A stretch of DNA of 64,000 bases from Eledone cirrhosa (GCA_964016885.1 OZ024740.1:153574001-153638000); one strand, 5' to 3'. Shown: positions 1 through 14,223, numbered from the stretch's first letter. Numbers and translations are program-made. Notes: generated from the letters alone by a model not told the origin.

Positions 1-198
1 CACAAGCCATTCGTCAACGCCTAGTTTTCTAAGAGCCCACCAGATAATGGAGCGGGGGACTCTGTCGAAGGCTTTCTCCAGGTCGACAAAAGCTAAGTAG
101 AGGGGTTTACCTTTAGCTAGGTACTTCTCCTGTAGTTGTCGTACTATGAAAAGAGCGTCTGTGGTGCTTTTGCCTGACACAAACCCGAACTGCATTTC
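1..198 (-). mobile_element. RTE-clade LINE reverse transcriptase fragment, 5'-truncated at the microsatellite and continuing off the window
   Basis: Minus-strand translation [66 protein letters not shown] contains the QFGF and [11 protein letters not shown] motifs of a non-LTR RT. Confidence 0.92.
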
Positions 199-200
199 AT

Positions 201-233
<33 letters not shown>

Positions 234-264
234 CACATATATATATATATACATATACATATAT

Positions 265-315
<51 letters not shown>

Positions 316-936
316 CACACATATATACACACATATATATATACATATATACACATATATATATATATACATATATACACATATATATATATATACATAT
401 ATACACATATATATATACACATATATATACATATATACACATATATATATACATATATACACATATATATATATATACATATATACACATATATATATAT
501 ATACATATATACACATATATATATATATACATATATACACATATATATATATATACATATATACACATATATATATATATACATATATACACATATATAT
601 ATATATACATATATACACATATATATATATATATACATATATACACATATATATATACACATATATATATACATATATACACATATATATATACATATAT
701 ACACATATATATATACATATATACACATATATACATATATACACATATATATACATATATACACATATATATACATATATACACATATATATACATATAT
801 ACACATATATATACATATATACACATATATATATACATATATACACATATATATATACACATATACACATATACATATACACATATACACATATACATAT
901 ACACATACATATACACATATACATATACACATATAT
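198..936. repeat. Complex (AT)n/(ATAC)/(ACAC) mini/microsatellite
   Basis: Alternating purine-pyrimidine units such as atatacacatatatatatac. It is the source of the spurious Y/I/H/T ORFs. Confidence 0.97.
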
Positions 937-1162
937 AATTAGATCATACAAATATAACAAACGAGCGACAAGTACACGCATACTACATCGTGTAGATGAT
1001 ATTAAATTCGGTGTGAAGAGCTAAACTTGGTTATATAAATGAATTTCTTCGTTTAAAGAAATTATGACTCCTAATATTGGCACATAGCCATTTTCTCAAA
1101 TTATAGTCCAAGCGAAACCCTCAATGGAATACTTCTCCCATATCTAGGATGGTGTTGTTCCT

Positions 1163-1195
<33 letters not shown>

Positions 1196-1682
1196 CACAC
1201 ACAGATATCCTAGTTCAAAGATGGTGAATCTATTATATGGGCACGTGGGAGACATTATTTATTGTTAGTGATTAAAAACAAATCTGTAATATTTACCGGC
1301 TACCACTGAAAGGCTTAGTGATGTACTGCTTAATAATAAATAAAATATCAAAGAAATAAAAATGTTCATTAGCCACAATTGACCTTGTAGTCAAAGTGGC
1401 AATATATATATTACTTGAATCTCTGAGCTAATTAGTATTACCTATGCTAAACAATATTATCGAAGACTCTAAAGAAACATTTTTAACCCATTCGTCACCA
1501 TATTTCTAACAAAATGCTCTGTATTTCGTTAAGGTGGCATTTGTAACATTTTATGTCAAATTATCTTGAAAGGTTTTCAATTAAAATAGGACTTCTATAA
1601 AATAGGGTATTTTGTTTTATAAAACCAGAGACGGTTTTGAGAGAGTTAATATCAAAAGTGTCAATGCTATTATGGAAGACTC

Positions 1683-1908
1683 GAAGGCGGTTGATTGGCA
1701 GTATCGGTAGAGCGTCGGACTACCTGCTTCACGGCAGAGAGTTACGGCCCTTTCCGTTCTCAGTTCAAATCCCGCCGAGGTTAGCTTTGCCTTTCATCCT
1801 TACAGGGTCGATAAACTATAGTATCAGTAACGCACTGGGGTCGATTTAAACGATTTTCCCCTCCCACCAAAATTGCTGGCCTTGTGCCTAAGTAGAAATC
1901 ACTATTAT
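1683..1908 (+). mobile_element. tRNA-derived SINE, family 1, near full length
   Basis: A-box-like tggcagtatcggtagagc, B-box gttcaaatccc, central gcctttcatccttacagggtcgataaa, and tail ccttgtgcctaagtagaaa. Many copies occur in the window. Confidence 0.88.
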
Positions 1909-3185
1909 GGAAGACTAAACAAACATCTTTAAGAATCCTTTCAAACATTCTTTTCTCTTTATCTGTAATAAATATCAGAATCTGCTGTTCAAAAATTCTG
2001 ACGGCACGATGGGGGTACAATAAATTATTAGAAGGTTGTCGTTAATGAGGGCACTCTCTCTCTAAAAGTCATTTATGCACCATGCTCTGCCTTACTACAT
2101 TCATTATAAGTTTTAAAATCTATTTTATTATAAATTTTCTGAATGATCGATATTTGAAAGAAAGAAAAAAAAAAAAAAAAAATTATTTCTACCAAAAATC
2201 AATCAAACACCTGTTTTTCTAAAGAGGAAGGCCTTTGTTTCAACGTCTTTCTTTCATTGCATTCCTTCCTTATTAGGGCACTTGTAACAAATAAAAGCAC
2301 CATTATAATCATTAATCTCCCCACCGCCATCAGTAGAGTCGTTGGTATTATTTTCTTTCCAGCATCATTATTCTGTCTTTAAGAAAATAAAAGTAGGGAC
2401 AAGGAAAGGGTTCTTTCGATTTAATTTCCTCTTAATTTCTATAAGTTCTTTGTAACTCGATTGCATTTAATTCTTCTTATACCTGCATGTGTGCACACGT
2501 ATGTGTGCTATTTGTATAATTGTAATATTTAACCCCATCGCCACCAGATTACACACACTTATTTTAAAATAGAATGTCTTTTTCTCCTCCCCACCCAATT
2601 CGTTACATCATCGCCACAAACTATATATTCCACTACACACCACCCCTGTCATCAATACATACACCATCACCAATACCACCTCCACTACCAAATATTCTAG
2701 TTAACCCCTTATCCCTCTCCCCATTCACTAGTTAGTTCTGTTGGAGCTGGGTGTACCTCCCTAACCCAGTCACCATTCCATCAATGAGACACAGTATAGA
2801 AAATAGAATAAAAAAGAACAGTGGAAGAACGCTGAATTCAAAACATTCCTATATTCTGCTATATATCCACACCACACCACACTACCTCATACAGTTTTGG
2901 CTGTAAAATGTTTATTTATTTATTATATTATTTGCTTAAATTATATTTTTAATTAGTTGTTGCTGTTTTTGATATTTTCTCTGGTTTTACTTTTTAGATT
3001 TGTATTTCCCTTTCTTTCCCTTCCCTTATGTTGAAGTAGAGGGATGCGAGTTCAAGATGGAGATATTTTCTATCAACAAATACTTATTATTATTTTGTTA
3101 CGTTGTTGATTTGTGTGTGTGAAAGGGGGGCACAGGTAGAGAGAGAATGGCGGAGAGTGAATGAAACAGTAAGAGAGACACATGG

Positions 3186-3186
<1 letters not shown>

Positions 3187-3260
<74 letters not shown>

Positions 3261-3422
3261 GAGTGAGTGAGTGAGTGAGTGAGTGAGTGAGTGAGTGAGT
3301 GAGTGAGTGAGTGAGTGAGTGAGTGAGTGAGTGAGTGAGTGAGTGAGTGAGTGAGTGAGTGAGTGAGTGTGTGAGTGAGTGAGTGAGTGAGTGAGTGAGT
3401 GTGTGAGTGAGTGAGTGAGTGA

Positions 3423-3462
<40 letters not shown>
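3187..3462. repeat. Compound microsatellite (GTAA)n-(GTGA)n-(GT)n
   Basis: Read directly from the sequence. Confidence 0.97.
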
Positions 3463-3464
<2 letters not shown>

Positions 3465-3633
3465 ACACATCAGTGGAGATTAAAAGGGGGGCAGGGCAAA
3501 TGGCCAGTGGTTTAAATCAATCGGCCAGATTTAAATCCAGAATCCCGACGTTCAAACGGTTTAGCATTTTTTAAGAGCTGTGGTATAAACATTGTTTAAG
3601 AAGGAATTTTAAAAAGGGCTGTGATTTTCAGGT

Positions 3634-3670
<37 letters not shown>

Positions 3671-4442
3671 AGAAACAAGGTGGTGTGTGGTTACTGATAA
3701 AGTGTATTTAGAAATGAAAGGAAAGCACAAACAAGAGACAGGTCCTCCTCTCTTCAGTTGTCTGCTAGTTTTATAACTAGTCGAAACCGCCGATCTTGTA
3801 GTCGATCCTCTACTTTTACTAATTATATATCTGTGTGTGTACATACACAATCACATGACGGGTTCCCATTTAACAGTCACATCTCCACTACCGCCAAGAC
3901 ATTCATCAAATCTATGGTAAAAGAAGCTTGCCCAATGTACGTGCATTGGAATCGAACTTGAAACCACGCGATTACCACGCGAAATTCTAACCACACAGGC
4001 ATACTTATTTACATGCAGTGATGCACTAATCCTTCTTTCATGCAACACTTTACAATCATTTTCTTTCTTTTAACAACGTACGGATCTCCAATTCATACAT
4101 TTCAATTTTTGGCGCATTCTTACTTTGTTAATTTCCTTTTTAAGCAATTTGAGAATAATATTTCTTATCTTATTTATCAAATATTACAATACTTTTTTTT
4201 ATATCGACAACTTTGTAACACTGGAAGCCTGAATGTAAATTATTACCATTATTGAGAGCTGTAACTCGCTCACCAGTTTAGAAATAAAATGGATAGGCAA
4301 CTAAAGAAAACAAAAAAAAAAGCTTTGACTTAACGTATGCACCGAACCACACCAGCATCAATAGCGATATCAGGTGATTAATATGTATGCATATGCTGTG
4401 TGTGTGTAACATATATGCATACATATTAATCATCTGATATCG

Positions 4443-4477
<35 letters not shown>

Positions 4478-5045
4478 TTTTTCTAACCTGTCAAATAAAA
4501 AACCACAAATGTACACGTTTTGTCCTGCACTTAATATATTTACATATCGTTTCAAACACCTAATAATTTACATACTTGCTGTACCGTGTATATAATAAAC
4601 ATACTTACAGGGAGAAAAAGGAGTGTATACAATTCACGGTCGTGTCACGCGTTACAAGGTCTATTCAGTCTTTTTGTTATTGACCGAAATCTGGTAACAA
4701 CTCAAGTTTTCCATACATATATTTTTTTTATGCTTTATATATTTGTACGAAATTTCTTTTACTATATATCTGGATTGTTCTATGAATAATTGTTTTTACT
4801 TGAATAATAAAAGATAGCCAGGTTACCTCTTACCAGTTAAACATCAGTGTCCATTGAGCGAGCGCGGGAGCATCCACAGCAGTTACTATTGCAGTGACAT
4901 CGGCCAGCTTGAACTATTAGTCTATATATATTATAGACACATTATAGTCTTTTTAAAAAGGGAAGGTCACATAGATAACATAGTCCTAGTGCGATGAGCT
5001 TTTGAATTGTTTTAGTTTTACTCCTGGTCTATATATATTAAAATA

Positions 5046-5338
5046 TCTATATATATAAAACTGAGGATGTCTGTCTGTGTGTGTGTGAGTTTGAATCCCT
5101 AAAACTCGAGAAACACCCAACCGACTGTTTTCAAACTTTACACATGTAATACTTATGTTTCAGGAAGTGTTCTGAGCAAACAAAAAATTCAAATTTTCAA
5201 TGCCCTAGAGCCCGCATTAGGCGATTTACCGCTCTCTCTCTCTAAAATTCTTAGTCTTTCTCTTTTTAGATAGATACATACATACATATAACGCCCTTAT
5301 AATATGTCTATGTCTGGCTGTCTGCATTACGTCACTTC

Positions 5339-5407
<69 letters not shown>

Positions 5408-5842
5408 AGAGAAGTACCCAACCGACTTTTTCAAACTTTACATGTGGATTATTTATGTTTCAGGGAGTGTTATGCACATAACAAATTCAACTTTTTGATC
5501 CCCTAGAGCCCGCATTAAGTGAAAAACTGCGTTTTTTTCAGGTTTTTATGGTTTTTTGAGGCGTTACGTCAGACCGACTTCCTTGAAATTGTAACTATGT
5601 ATTAGTCAGTCTCTTCTTCATACGGTGAGCCAAGAAAATCCAACTTTTTTATGGCCTAGAGCCCCGCATTAGGTGAAAACCTGCATTTTTCCTGCTTCAT
5701 CGAGGAAATTCTTAAAGATTATCCAGCCATCAGAGTATTCGGTTTATTTTCTTTACATATGCAGTTTTTCCACGATTAGGTCTGTTGGCGGCCCACGTTC
5801 CAAAATACCTTATCCTGTACAACACCGGGTATCACTGCTAGT
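5046..5842 (+). mobile_element. Non-autonomous Helitron-like element with internal subrepeats
   Basis: Starts TCTATATATATAAAA and ends caacaccgggtatcactgCTAGT. The internal motif cctagagcc(c)cgcatta recurs near 5203, 5502 and 5655, and caaccgact..ttcaaact near 5118 and 5419. Confidence 0.65.
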
Positions 5843-7249
5843 CTCTTATAAAAATTAGAATGAAAAGCTCCAATTCTCACAGAAAACACCCCAATGGACA
5901 ACTTGTTTCCGACCTCTGGCCTAGATATAGAGTCTGGAGAAAGCAAGATAAGATGGTAAAAGATTGAAAGCTTCTGATCATAAGGTCTGCTTGACCAGTG
6001 TTGACCCAATGCCGTTCAATCGACACTGGCAGCTCAACTAGTAATAAAGAACTCTCCTCAAAACTTATAGACTTTGTATAGCTGTAAGCTATATAAAACT
6101 TCAGGAGCCCGTTGTTAAAAAATTACAACAGAAGTTCTAAAAAAATTTAAAACATGTTTTCTAATTATTTCGACGTCTGTTTAGCTTACGCCTAAATCTG
6201 CCACTGGAAGGGGATATTGGATTTTGTAGTCGTATATGTTCAGCAGAAATAACACGAATGGAACTTAGCTCTTAAGTCTCTGGATTTGGTCCAGCCAGAA
6301 GCGAAACACCGACAAAGATAGATACATAAAAATAGTATAGTCCTAGATACACTATGACTGGAAAAAAAAGTACGGTACGATTTCTGCTTGTACGTATATC
6401 TGATCCGACATGGCTGACTTAGGGTGAAACAACAGGAACAACGTTTCCGAAAGTCCAATGAAGGAGCTGTTACGGGGTCACACAACCTGCAAGAAACAGC
6501 ATATAAACCTGCCAGGGAAGACATACGAAAAGGTTATGGCCACGTCTGCAACACTGACAGGAATCTGTTGAATCAAAGATCACTTTGATATAAACAAGAT
6601 AAACAAGAAATAGAGTTCAAACACTAAAACAATAAGCGACTTATTGCTGATAGGCAAATTTGTTATTCTCCCTCCACAAACTTTTTCCATTTTATCACCT
6701 ACCCAACAAGCCAAACGATACTCTCTGCATAGCCACCCAACCTGTTAGAGATAATAACCGCGCTGTCTCACATCAGATTCTATCCTCTTATAAAGGGACG
6801 CATTGAATAATCGAGGTTCCTTGAATAGAAAACAGGTGAGATCATCACAGCTTTTGACCACAGCTATGCTCAATCAGGACTGAACATGGGGTTAAACAAT
6901 AAGCAAGCTCCACCACACACACAGAGTGTCTCTCTCTCTCTCTCATTTTGGTGCTTCGTTCAAATATATTTTTGTATATTTCCTCACGTTTAAAAATTTG
7001 ATTTACGTTTTTTTTTAATACTAATTGTGAAAATTGCTTCGGGTATTAATTACAAAAGTCGTTATAAGTCATTATCATAATTATTATTTGGATGGCAGTA
7101 TCAGTGGAGCGGAGACAAGAAAGAAACCTCCCCTATCATGTTCAGTTACGTTCCTTTACATACTGATATAAAATGCCGCCAGAGGGATGATTGAAGTGTA
7201 TAAATATATTCCTAGAATTTAAACAGTTTCTCATTATTAGACAGCAGAA

Positions 7250-7470
7250 GAGTGGTAGATTGGCAGAATCAATAGAACGTCGGACAACATGCTTAGCGAC
7301 ACAGAGTTATGGCCCTTTGCGTTGAGATAAAATCCCACCGAGGTTAGCTTTACCTTTCATCTTTACGGGGTCGATAAAGAAAGTACCAGTAATATACTTG
7401 GGTCAATTTAATCGACTTTCCCTTTCCCCCAAAATTGGTGGAATTGTGTTTAAATCAGAAACCATTATTA
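7250..7470 (+). mobile_element. tRNA-derived SINE, family 1
   Basis: Same head, core and tail as 1683-1908. Flanked by the direct repeat cattattagacagcagaa, a putative TSD. Confidence 0.85.
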
Positions 7471-8949
7471 GACAGCAGAATAGTAAAGGGGATTGTTATA
7501 ATATCTATGGTACTTCACCCTATTTATTCCACTAATATTTATAATTGTCATAATTATCGGTATTGCGGTGACTATAATATATATATATATATAGTAAATG
7601 AGTGAAGAATAACTGAGGTCTTACCAGTGTTTGCTTATATTATATATTGATGTAAACCTAAAGTTTTCAGCCAATATTACGTTTGTAAATTAACTAAACA
7701 TAATTGAATACACTTGGCATTCGAAAACGATTGTCTTTTTATATACTATCGGACCGTAGCCACAGAAACAAAGACGGATCAATTGAAAGCAGTTAAAATC
7801 TTTGTTGAGACTTCATCAGCAATTGACTTCCCTAATCTAGCTGTCCACAATAATATTGTATAATAAAGCCACTCTTTATTAAATCGGATAAACCTATTTG
7901 CATAAATGACGCTTTCTTGGCAGAAAATTTTGAATTAATAAGTGACCGATAGCTCTTCCAGATAAACATTCCAAATGAATTGTATGTGGGGGTGTATGTG
8001 TGTGCGTGCGCGTGAGTGAGTCCCAGTTTCAATTGGGGGTAACCACAGTGAGTAAAGTACTCAAAACATTAGTAGAGTATAAACATGTTTAATATAGAAA
8101 TGGCTTCTACAGGACAAGGGAAACGCCGCTCCGCTCCATGTATGTTTTTTTTTTTTTAATATTCCTTTATTAGTTTCAGGACAATGCTGGAGCACCGTAT
8201 TTAGGGATTTAGTTGATCATATCAACCCCCAGGACTTTCGTTTTCAAGTCTGGTACATTTTTGATCGATATCTCTTTGTAGATCCGCTAGGTTACGGCAC
8301 ATACGCAAACAGTAAACGTAGAGACAAGCAGTGACACACATACACATGTGTATGTCTGAGTATATGTTTCTGTATGTATGTGTGTGTGTGTGGTGTATGA
8401 TGGGCTTTCAACCAAAATGTTCTCGCAAGGTATTGATTAATCCAAGGCTACTGTAAAAGACACTTGTCCAAGGGGTCACACGGTGGGACAGAACCCAAAA
8501 CCACGCTAAGAAAATCTCCAACAATACTATTAGAAGTAAATACAGACATATTTGAATGGTTGGAGTATTTTATGGTGTTCGATTTCCTGACCTCAAACCT
8601 ATCTCCGTTAAACGTTCTTCAGTTCTACAGTTTATTGTGTTTCATTGCGTTGAAATAGGAATTTATAATTTACTGTTCCTTGTTCCAATACCTACGCATA
8701 TAATTTAAGGATATAAACAAGATACCATATAACCACTGTGAAAAATCTTAGATAAGACTTCCAATAACCACATCTCATTCTGATCAACCTCCTCCCCTCG
8801 GCAATGGATTTAGATTAAGGATTTGGTGTTTGTGTTAGCATGAGATGGTGGAGTGGTTGTTATCATCTGAAGTATTTATAACGTGACTTATGTGAGAACG
8901 GACGTTAAATCAGATCACAACTGATAAACAAAGATTATTTAGCCCCTCC

Positions 8950-8988
<39 letters not shown>

Positions 8989-9559
8989 ACGTAAGTATCT
9001 ATACGCACAAAAAGAAAAGGCTATATAACTGAAAGTGCGTGTGTTTACAGTTGTATATGATCGGACATGATTACTGATTACAGGTGTTGGAAATAGGTAA
9101 AACAATTAAGGGTGTGCTTTGTGTACGAAGATAAATTAATTGTGGGTGTCAAGACAAAGTGCATAGATAAGTTTATTAATGAGTCATAAGATGGTTTTCA
9201 AATATGATATGAGTGTACAACATATGTACTAGATGTATGTCTAAGACGCGTGAGTATGTATATATCGTAGACTTAATCTGTCGCTTCTTAAAAAAGAAAT
9301 GGGCCTACACATTAATATAGCCATCCTATGTTTTTTAATGTGTAGGCTCATTTCTTTTTTAAGAGGATGATATATAATTTAAGGGCAGTTTGACTACTAT
9401 TTCTAGCAAGGTGGGCGAACAAATAAAGGCTACCTCAGTAGTGATAATGCCGATTTTTTTAGCTATACTTTCACTTATGCCAATGAGCAGCTGTGACAAA
9501 ATTGAAGCGCATAACACAATGAATGACATTGGTGTGGTGTTGTAATCTAACTGCAGTAA

Positions 9560-9770
9560 GGCGGTAGAATCGTTAGCACATTGGACAAATGCCTCGTGTA
9601 GTATTTGTTTCGTCTTCTTACATTCTGATTTCAAATCCCACAGAAGTCTTTGCCTGTCATCCTTCCACGATCGATAAAAGAAAGTGCCAGTTACGTAGTG
9701 GAATCGATATAATCGACTTCTCCCTCCTGGCAAATTGTTAGCCTTGTGCCTAAATTAGAAATCATTATTT
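9560..9770 (+). mobile_element. tRNA-derived SINE, family 1, diverged
   Basis: ttcaaatccc, gcctgtcatccttccacgatcgataaa, ccttgtgcctaaattagaaa. Confidence 0.78.
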
Positions 9771-10302
9771 AACTGTAGTTCAGCTCTAATCGAGCTGGTT
9801 GATGATCTAAGGTGTTCCAGCCGTGGCGACCTAAACATCTTTTAGACATAATATATTTAGGACTACATTATCCAATGTGTCATGTCTTTTTATGAAACAG
9901 TAAGAGTGCTTTGAGGGAGAAATTGGTTGTTTATTCTAAAAGGTAAGGAAATCACGTAGGGATTGTCACGTTGAACACTGTTGTTGCTTAGCCCCGGGTG
10001 TAAACCCTGCTGATGTAGACATCTTTAGAAAAATATTTAATCCATGATCACCTATCTTTTATTTCAGATATTTTGAATCTATACTCTAGTACTATATACA
10101 TTATCTAATGTAACTGTCCATTTTAAGGCTAATATTTGAGGGAGATTTGCCTGTTATTTCTAGCAGATCGAGTTACCATGTGTGTGTGATACATTGTTGT
10201 ACATTGGTGAAAAAATAAAATAAAATATATCTTGCTAGTGTTGATTGTGATTACGATGACAATGGTGATGATAACGATAACGACCACGACGAAGCAAATA
10301 AA

Positions 10303-10592
10303 TAATTGTTTCTACTTTTGGCACAAGGCCAGCAATTACCCAGCACATTACTGGTACTTTATTTTATCGACCCCGTAGGATGAAAGGCAAAGTTAAACCT
10401 TGGCGGGATTTGAACTCAGATCGTAAAGGGACGTAACTATGCTGGAAAGCATGTCCGACTCTCTACCAATTCTGCCAATCCACCACGAAGCAAATAAATA
10501 ATGACGTGATAATAATTGTTTCTACTTTTGGCACAAGGCCAGCAATCATCCAGTACATTACTGGTACTTTATTTTATCGACCCCGTAAGGAT
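10303..10592 (-). mobile_element. SINE family 1, full copy (10303-10485) plus a 3' fragment (10513-10592)
   Basis: Reverse complement of the family consensus. The direct repeat acgaagcaaataaataat flanks the first copy. Confidence 0.87.
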
Positions 10593-11469
10593 GAATAATG
10601 ATAGTGTGGCTGATAAGTCCATGCTTTCCTTAATTAACACACACAAACACTCGTTCTCACATGCTCCCGTTATGCTTCTTACACTGTTTCCAGATATGTA
10701 CAGCTACAACGAAAGTTCGACATTGTAGCCTCTTCTGGATCACAGAGTTGTGTCTATTTCGTTTATTGCTGCTATTTTTACGGGACTAGATTGTTTGTTA
10801 GCTGAGGGTAAAACCAATATGCCAAATAAGCACGTGTTTAGGGCCTCGCGTTTTTTTTTTTATCATGACAGTGTAATACTGCAGTTGAACCACCAGAGCC
10901 CATAAAGGGTGGGGGTGGGCAATGTTTTCAATGCCTAGGGCATCTAAAGGTCTTAATTTAACCCTGGTTCTTTGTTAGCCTTCTGTTCAGTCACTCGCTT
11001 TTTATCAGGGAATTCCGGGCCCCTGAGAGACGCAAGCCCCACAACCATAAACTGTTGATTCATGTGGGGGCTATAAAACTCTAGTTAAGGCTAACCTGCT
11101 AGCCGTTCATCCGATCAGGCATTTAGACTTGTAATATATTCAAGCAAACATTAAGACTTCAAAACTAAACAATACCGCTTACTACTACTACCATCACTAC
11201 TACTACTACTACATAAGGATTACTTTTATGAATCCCATCCATTGCTTAGCAATAAATAAAGCCTTCCACATCAACAAAGGATATAGGTGTAAGATAGAAG
11301 TGAACAGGGGGGGGGGGGGGGGTTTAAGGAAATGTAAACAGAGGAAGAAGTAGTTATATACACACACACACACACCCTTATAAGGTATTCCATTTGTTGA
11401 AACAACCAGCACTTAAAATTAAAATGGAAGTATCTGAGCATTCCATAGATACAAATACCCTTATTGTAG

Positions 11470-11630
11470 TTCTCAGGGAGATTCAGTGTGACACATCGTG
11501 TGGAAAACTGGTCCTTTGAATTAAAGGTACAACACATTCGTGCTAGCTGGACAAAAGCAACGTGAAATAAAGACAATGCGCCGCCGGGAATCGAATTCGT
11601 GTGCCGAACACCTTAACCACTAAGCCACGA
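11470..11630 (-). mobile_element. tRNA-derived SINE fragment, family 2
   Basis: Reverse strand reads cgtggcttagtggttaaggtgttcggcacacgaattcgattcccggc...ttgtcttatttcacgttgct. Related to 16882-17257. Confidence 0.65.
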
Positions 11631-12554
11631 TTCCATACATACATACATACATACATACATACATACATCCCCCTACACATACATACATAAATAATACATA
11701 CAATGGAAGCCGTTTGTTGTGATCACTGTAGAACGAAGATTGTTTACTTCTTGAGGTCAATACCAAATATTAAGTTTCATAGATATTTCCCCTTAAGAAT
11801 GCATCTTCAACATTGTGGGTTTTACACCAGCTCAAGGTGTATTTCAGGGAAAATATTATTTCAGCGCAGTGGAATAGCGAAATTGATAGAGTCGGACGAG
11901 ATGCCTTGCGGTATTTCTAACATATCATAGCATTCTGGGTTCAAATCCCACTGTGGCCTATATAGGTGGCAAACTTATTCCATCAACAGTTAAATACTAC
12001 CACCTGACCCTTGTGTGACACTAACAGAGTCCACTCTGTTACAAACAATTAGACCAGGTCTCTAGTTTGATGATACCTTATTCCTCCCTCACCCACGACT
12101 CGGCTGGAAGGAGGAGAGAGGGCGCTGAAAATGTCACAGGCACTTCTCCCCTCACCCGCATTCCTGACTAAACAGAATAAAAATTATAGTTTCTATAAAC
12201 TTCCAGCGAGTTTATCGTTTTCGAAACAACCGTGGAATTTCTGTGGCTACTGCTTGTATAAAATTACTGCTTTTCAACTGACTCACTTTTGGCTCCGAAA
12301 ACGTTTTCATCCACACCCTGGAAACTGCTTCTGCTGGCATGTTAAACTTAGTGAGGGACTTGAAGCATGGAGAAGAGATGGACACCAAGTATTCCAAGCC
12401 CCACCGAATTGCCATGATAGACACACAGTCAAATAACATGCAGGATCGGTCGAGGTCCGCTCTCGAAAGCTATTTTGCAAGATGGAGGTGTTAAATGTGC
12501 AACTGGGACAATGAAAGCAATGACACCCTTCATTGAGAACTATCAACCTTTCTT

Positions 12555-13832
12555 TGGTGACATGGATCGTCCGCACTATATGATTGTGGAAAGCTGAAAG
12601 AACTTACACATGAACTTGCCAGATACATATGGGATATCGTAGGGTTGGTTTAAGTCAGACGTAATGGATTTTGTAAGACAACTACAGATGAAGGCCACAA
12701 ACTGTGGCACAACGGAGTGGGTTTCATCATTAACAAAACCAGAGTGAGTTCAGTCATAAGCTGTATGCCAGTATCCAGCAGACTCATCACCATGCGTATA
12801 TCTGCAAGATCACAGAACATTACCATCATACAAGTCTATGCACCAGCACACGATTATGATGATGTTGAAGATTTAGTTCTATGAAGACTTGGAGAAAACC
12901 AACAAGACAGAAACTAAAAAGACATCCTCATTATCTTAGGAGTCTGGAATGCCAAACTAAGCCGGGGTGCAAATGACCAAATGGCTGAGACAGCGGGGCG
13001 ATTTGGAATTGGAGAAAGAAATGATCGTGTACTTCGCCTTCTGGAATTTGCTAACACCCACAAGCTGACCCTAGCCAACACACTGTTCCCACACAAGACC
13101 TCACAGAGAACAACATAGCATTCACCCAATAGCAGAACTCAAAACCAAATTGACTTCATCCTCCCACCTCAGATGTTCAGGTCCAGTATCAATAAGGCCA
13201 GAACTAGGACCTTCCCTGGTGCAGATGTCATTCATCAGTGACCATGGTTTAGTTCTGCTAACAATAAAGCTTAAATTGAAAACGATCCATAAAGAGGGAG
13301 CCATACGTATCAGGTTTGATGTAGACAAGGGAGCCATACGTATCAGGTTTGATGTAGACAAGCTAAGTGTTGCAGCAATGTTTGAGGCAAATGTAGGTAG
13401 CAGATTTACAGCCCTCATCCTTCTAGAAGATGCTAACTCCTTAACCAACATCATCAAGGAAGCACTCCATGAAACAGCTTTATAAAGGCAGGGGAAAAAG
13501 AGAAGGAAAAATAAACCATGGGTCACTGATGACACCTTGGAGCTATGTGATTTGGGGTCACTGATGACATCTTGGGGCTATGTGATTTAAGATGTGACTT
13601 CAGGAATACAAAAATAACAGATCAAGAGGTAAATCAACAATACAACGCTGTGAATAGGAAAGTCAGGGAGAAAATGAGAAAAACCAAAGAGAAGTGGATA
13701 TTAGACCAGTGCAAAAACATCGACGCTGGAATTTAAAAAAGGGCAACAGCAAGGCTGCTTATGAAACCCTCCAAATGCTAACAAAAAGAGAGCAACACAC
13801 CAACATTGCCATTGAAGACAAAACTGGCTTGC
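12555..13832 (+). pseudogene. Decayed RTE/BovB-like LINE APE-endonuclease region, with stops and frameshifts
   Basis: Translated blocks GKLKELTHELARYIWDIVGL, HNGVGFII, SSRLITMRI..NITIIQVYAP, GRFGIGERNDR..RLLEFA..HKLTLANTLFPHK, QNQIDFIL. Two internal tandem duplications of about 33 bp lie near 13296 and 13519. Confidence 0.88.
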
Positions 13833-13842
13833 TCCGTGTCAT

Positions 13843-14216
13843 CAAAATACACTATATATACATTCATATATATATATCGCTATTTCAGAGCACCAATTCT
13901 AATTTTCAATTTCTGCTTGACCGGCAACCGCTCTGTATAATCAGTTCCTGATTATTACTAGAATTCTATAAGAATCAAACATTCATGATTTTCAGCAAAC
14001 AGGTGGAGTACTTAGCTTTGATAAGTACCAAATAGTACGAAACAGCTGTCAGCTTTATCTCCCCCTGTTTGCTGAAAATTTAAAGTAAGTGAGACTGTCA
14101 CTACTCTAAAACAATAGCGTAAGGTCTTCAAAATGCTTTTAATTAAGCATACAGTATATTGCAAAATACACTATATATACATTCATATATATATCACTAT
14201 TTCAGAGCACCAATTC

Positions 14217-14223
<7 letters not shown>
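13843..14223 (+). mobile_element. Retrozyme-like element: unit of about 318 bp with a terminal direct repeat of about 60 bp
   Basis: caaaatacactatatatacattcatatatata..ctatttcagagcaccaattctaatttt occurs at about 13843 and 14162. It has a central hammerhead fold and ends in (TA)n. A fragment of the same repeat lies on the minus strand at about 18302-18377. Confidence 0.7.
13988..14079 (+). ncRNA. Type I hammerhead ribozyme fold with U3-A8 core
   Basis: ttttcagcaaacaggtggag-tactt-agct TTGATAA gtac-caaata-gtac GAAAC agct GTC agct-ttat-ctccccctgtttgctgaaaa. Stems I (long), II and III (palindromic) all pair. Confidence 0.8.

Noticed and set aside
1683-1780. tRNA genes
   Set aside because: The A/B boxes belong to SINE heads. 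I found no complete cloverleaf.
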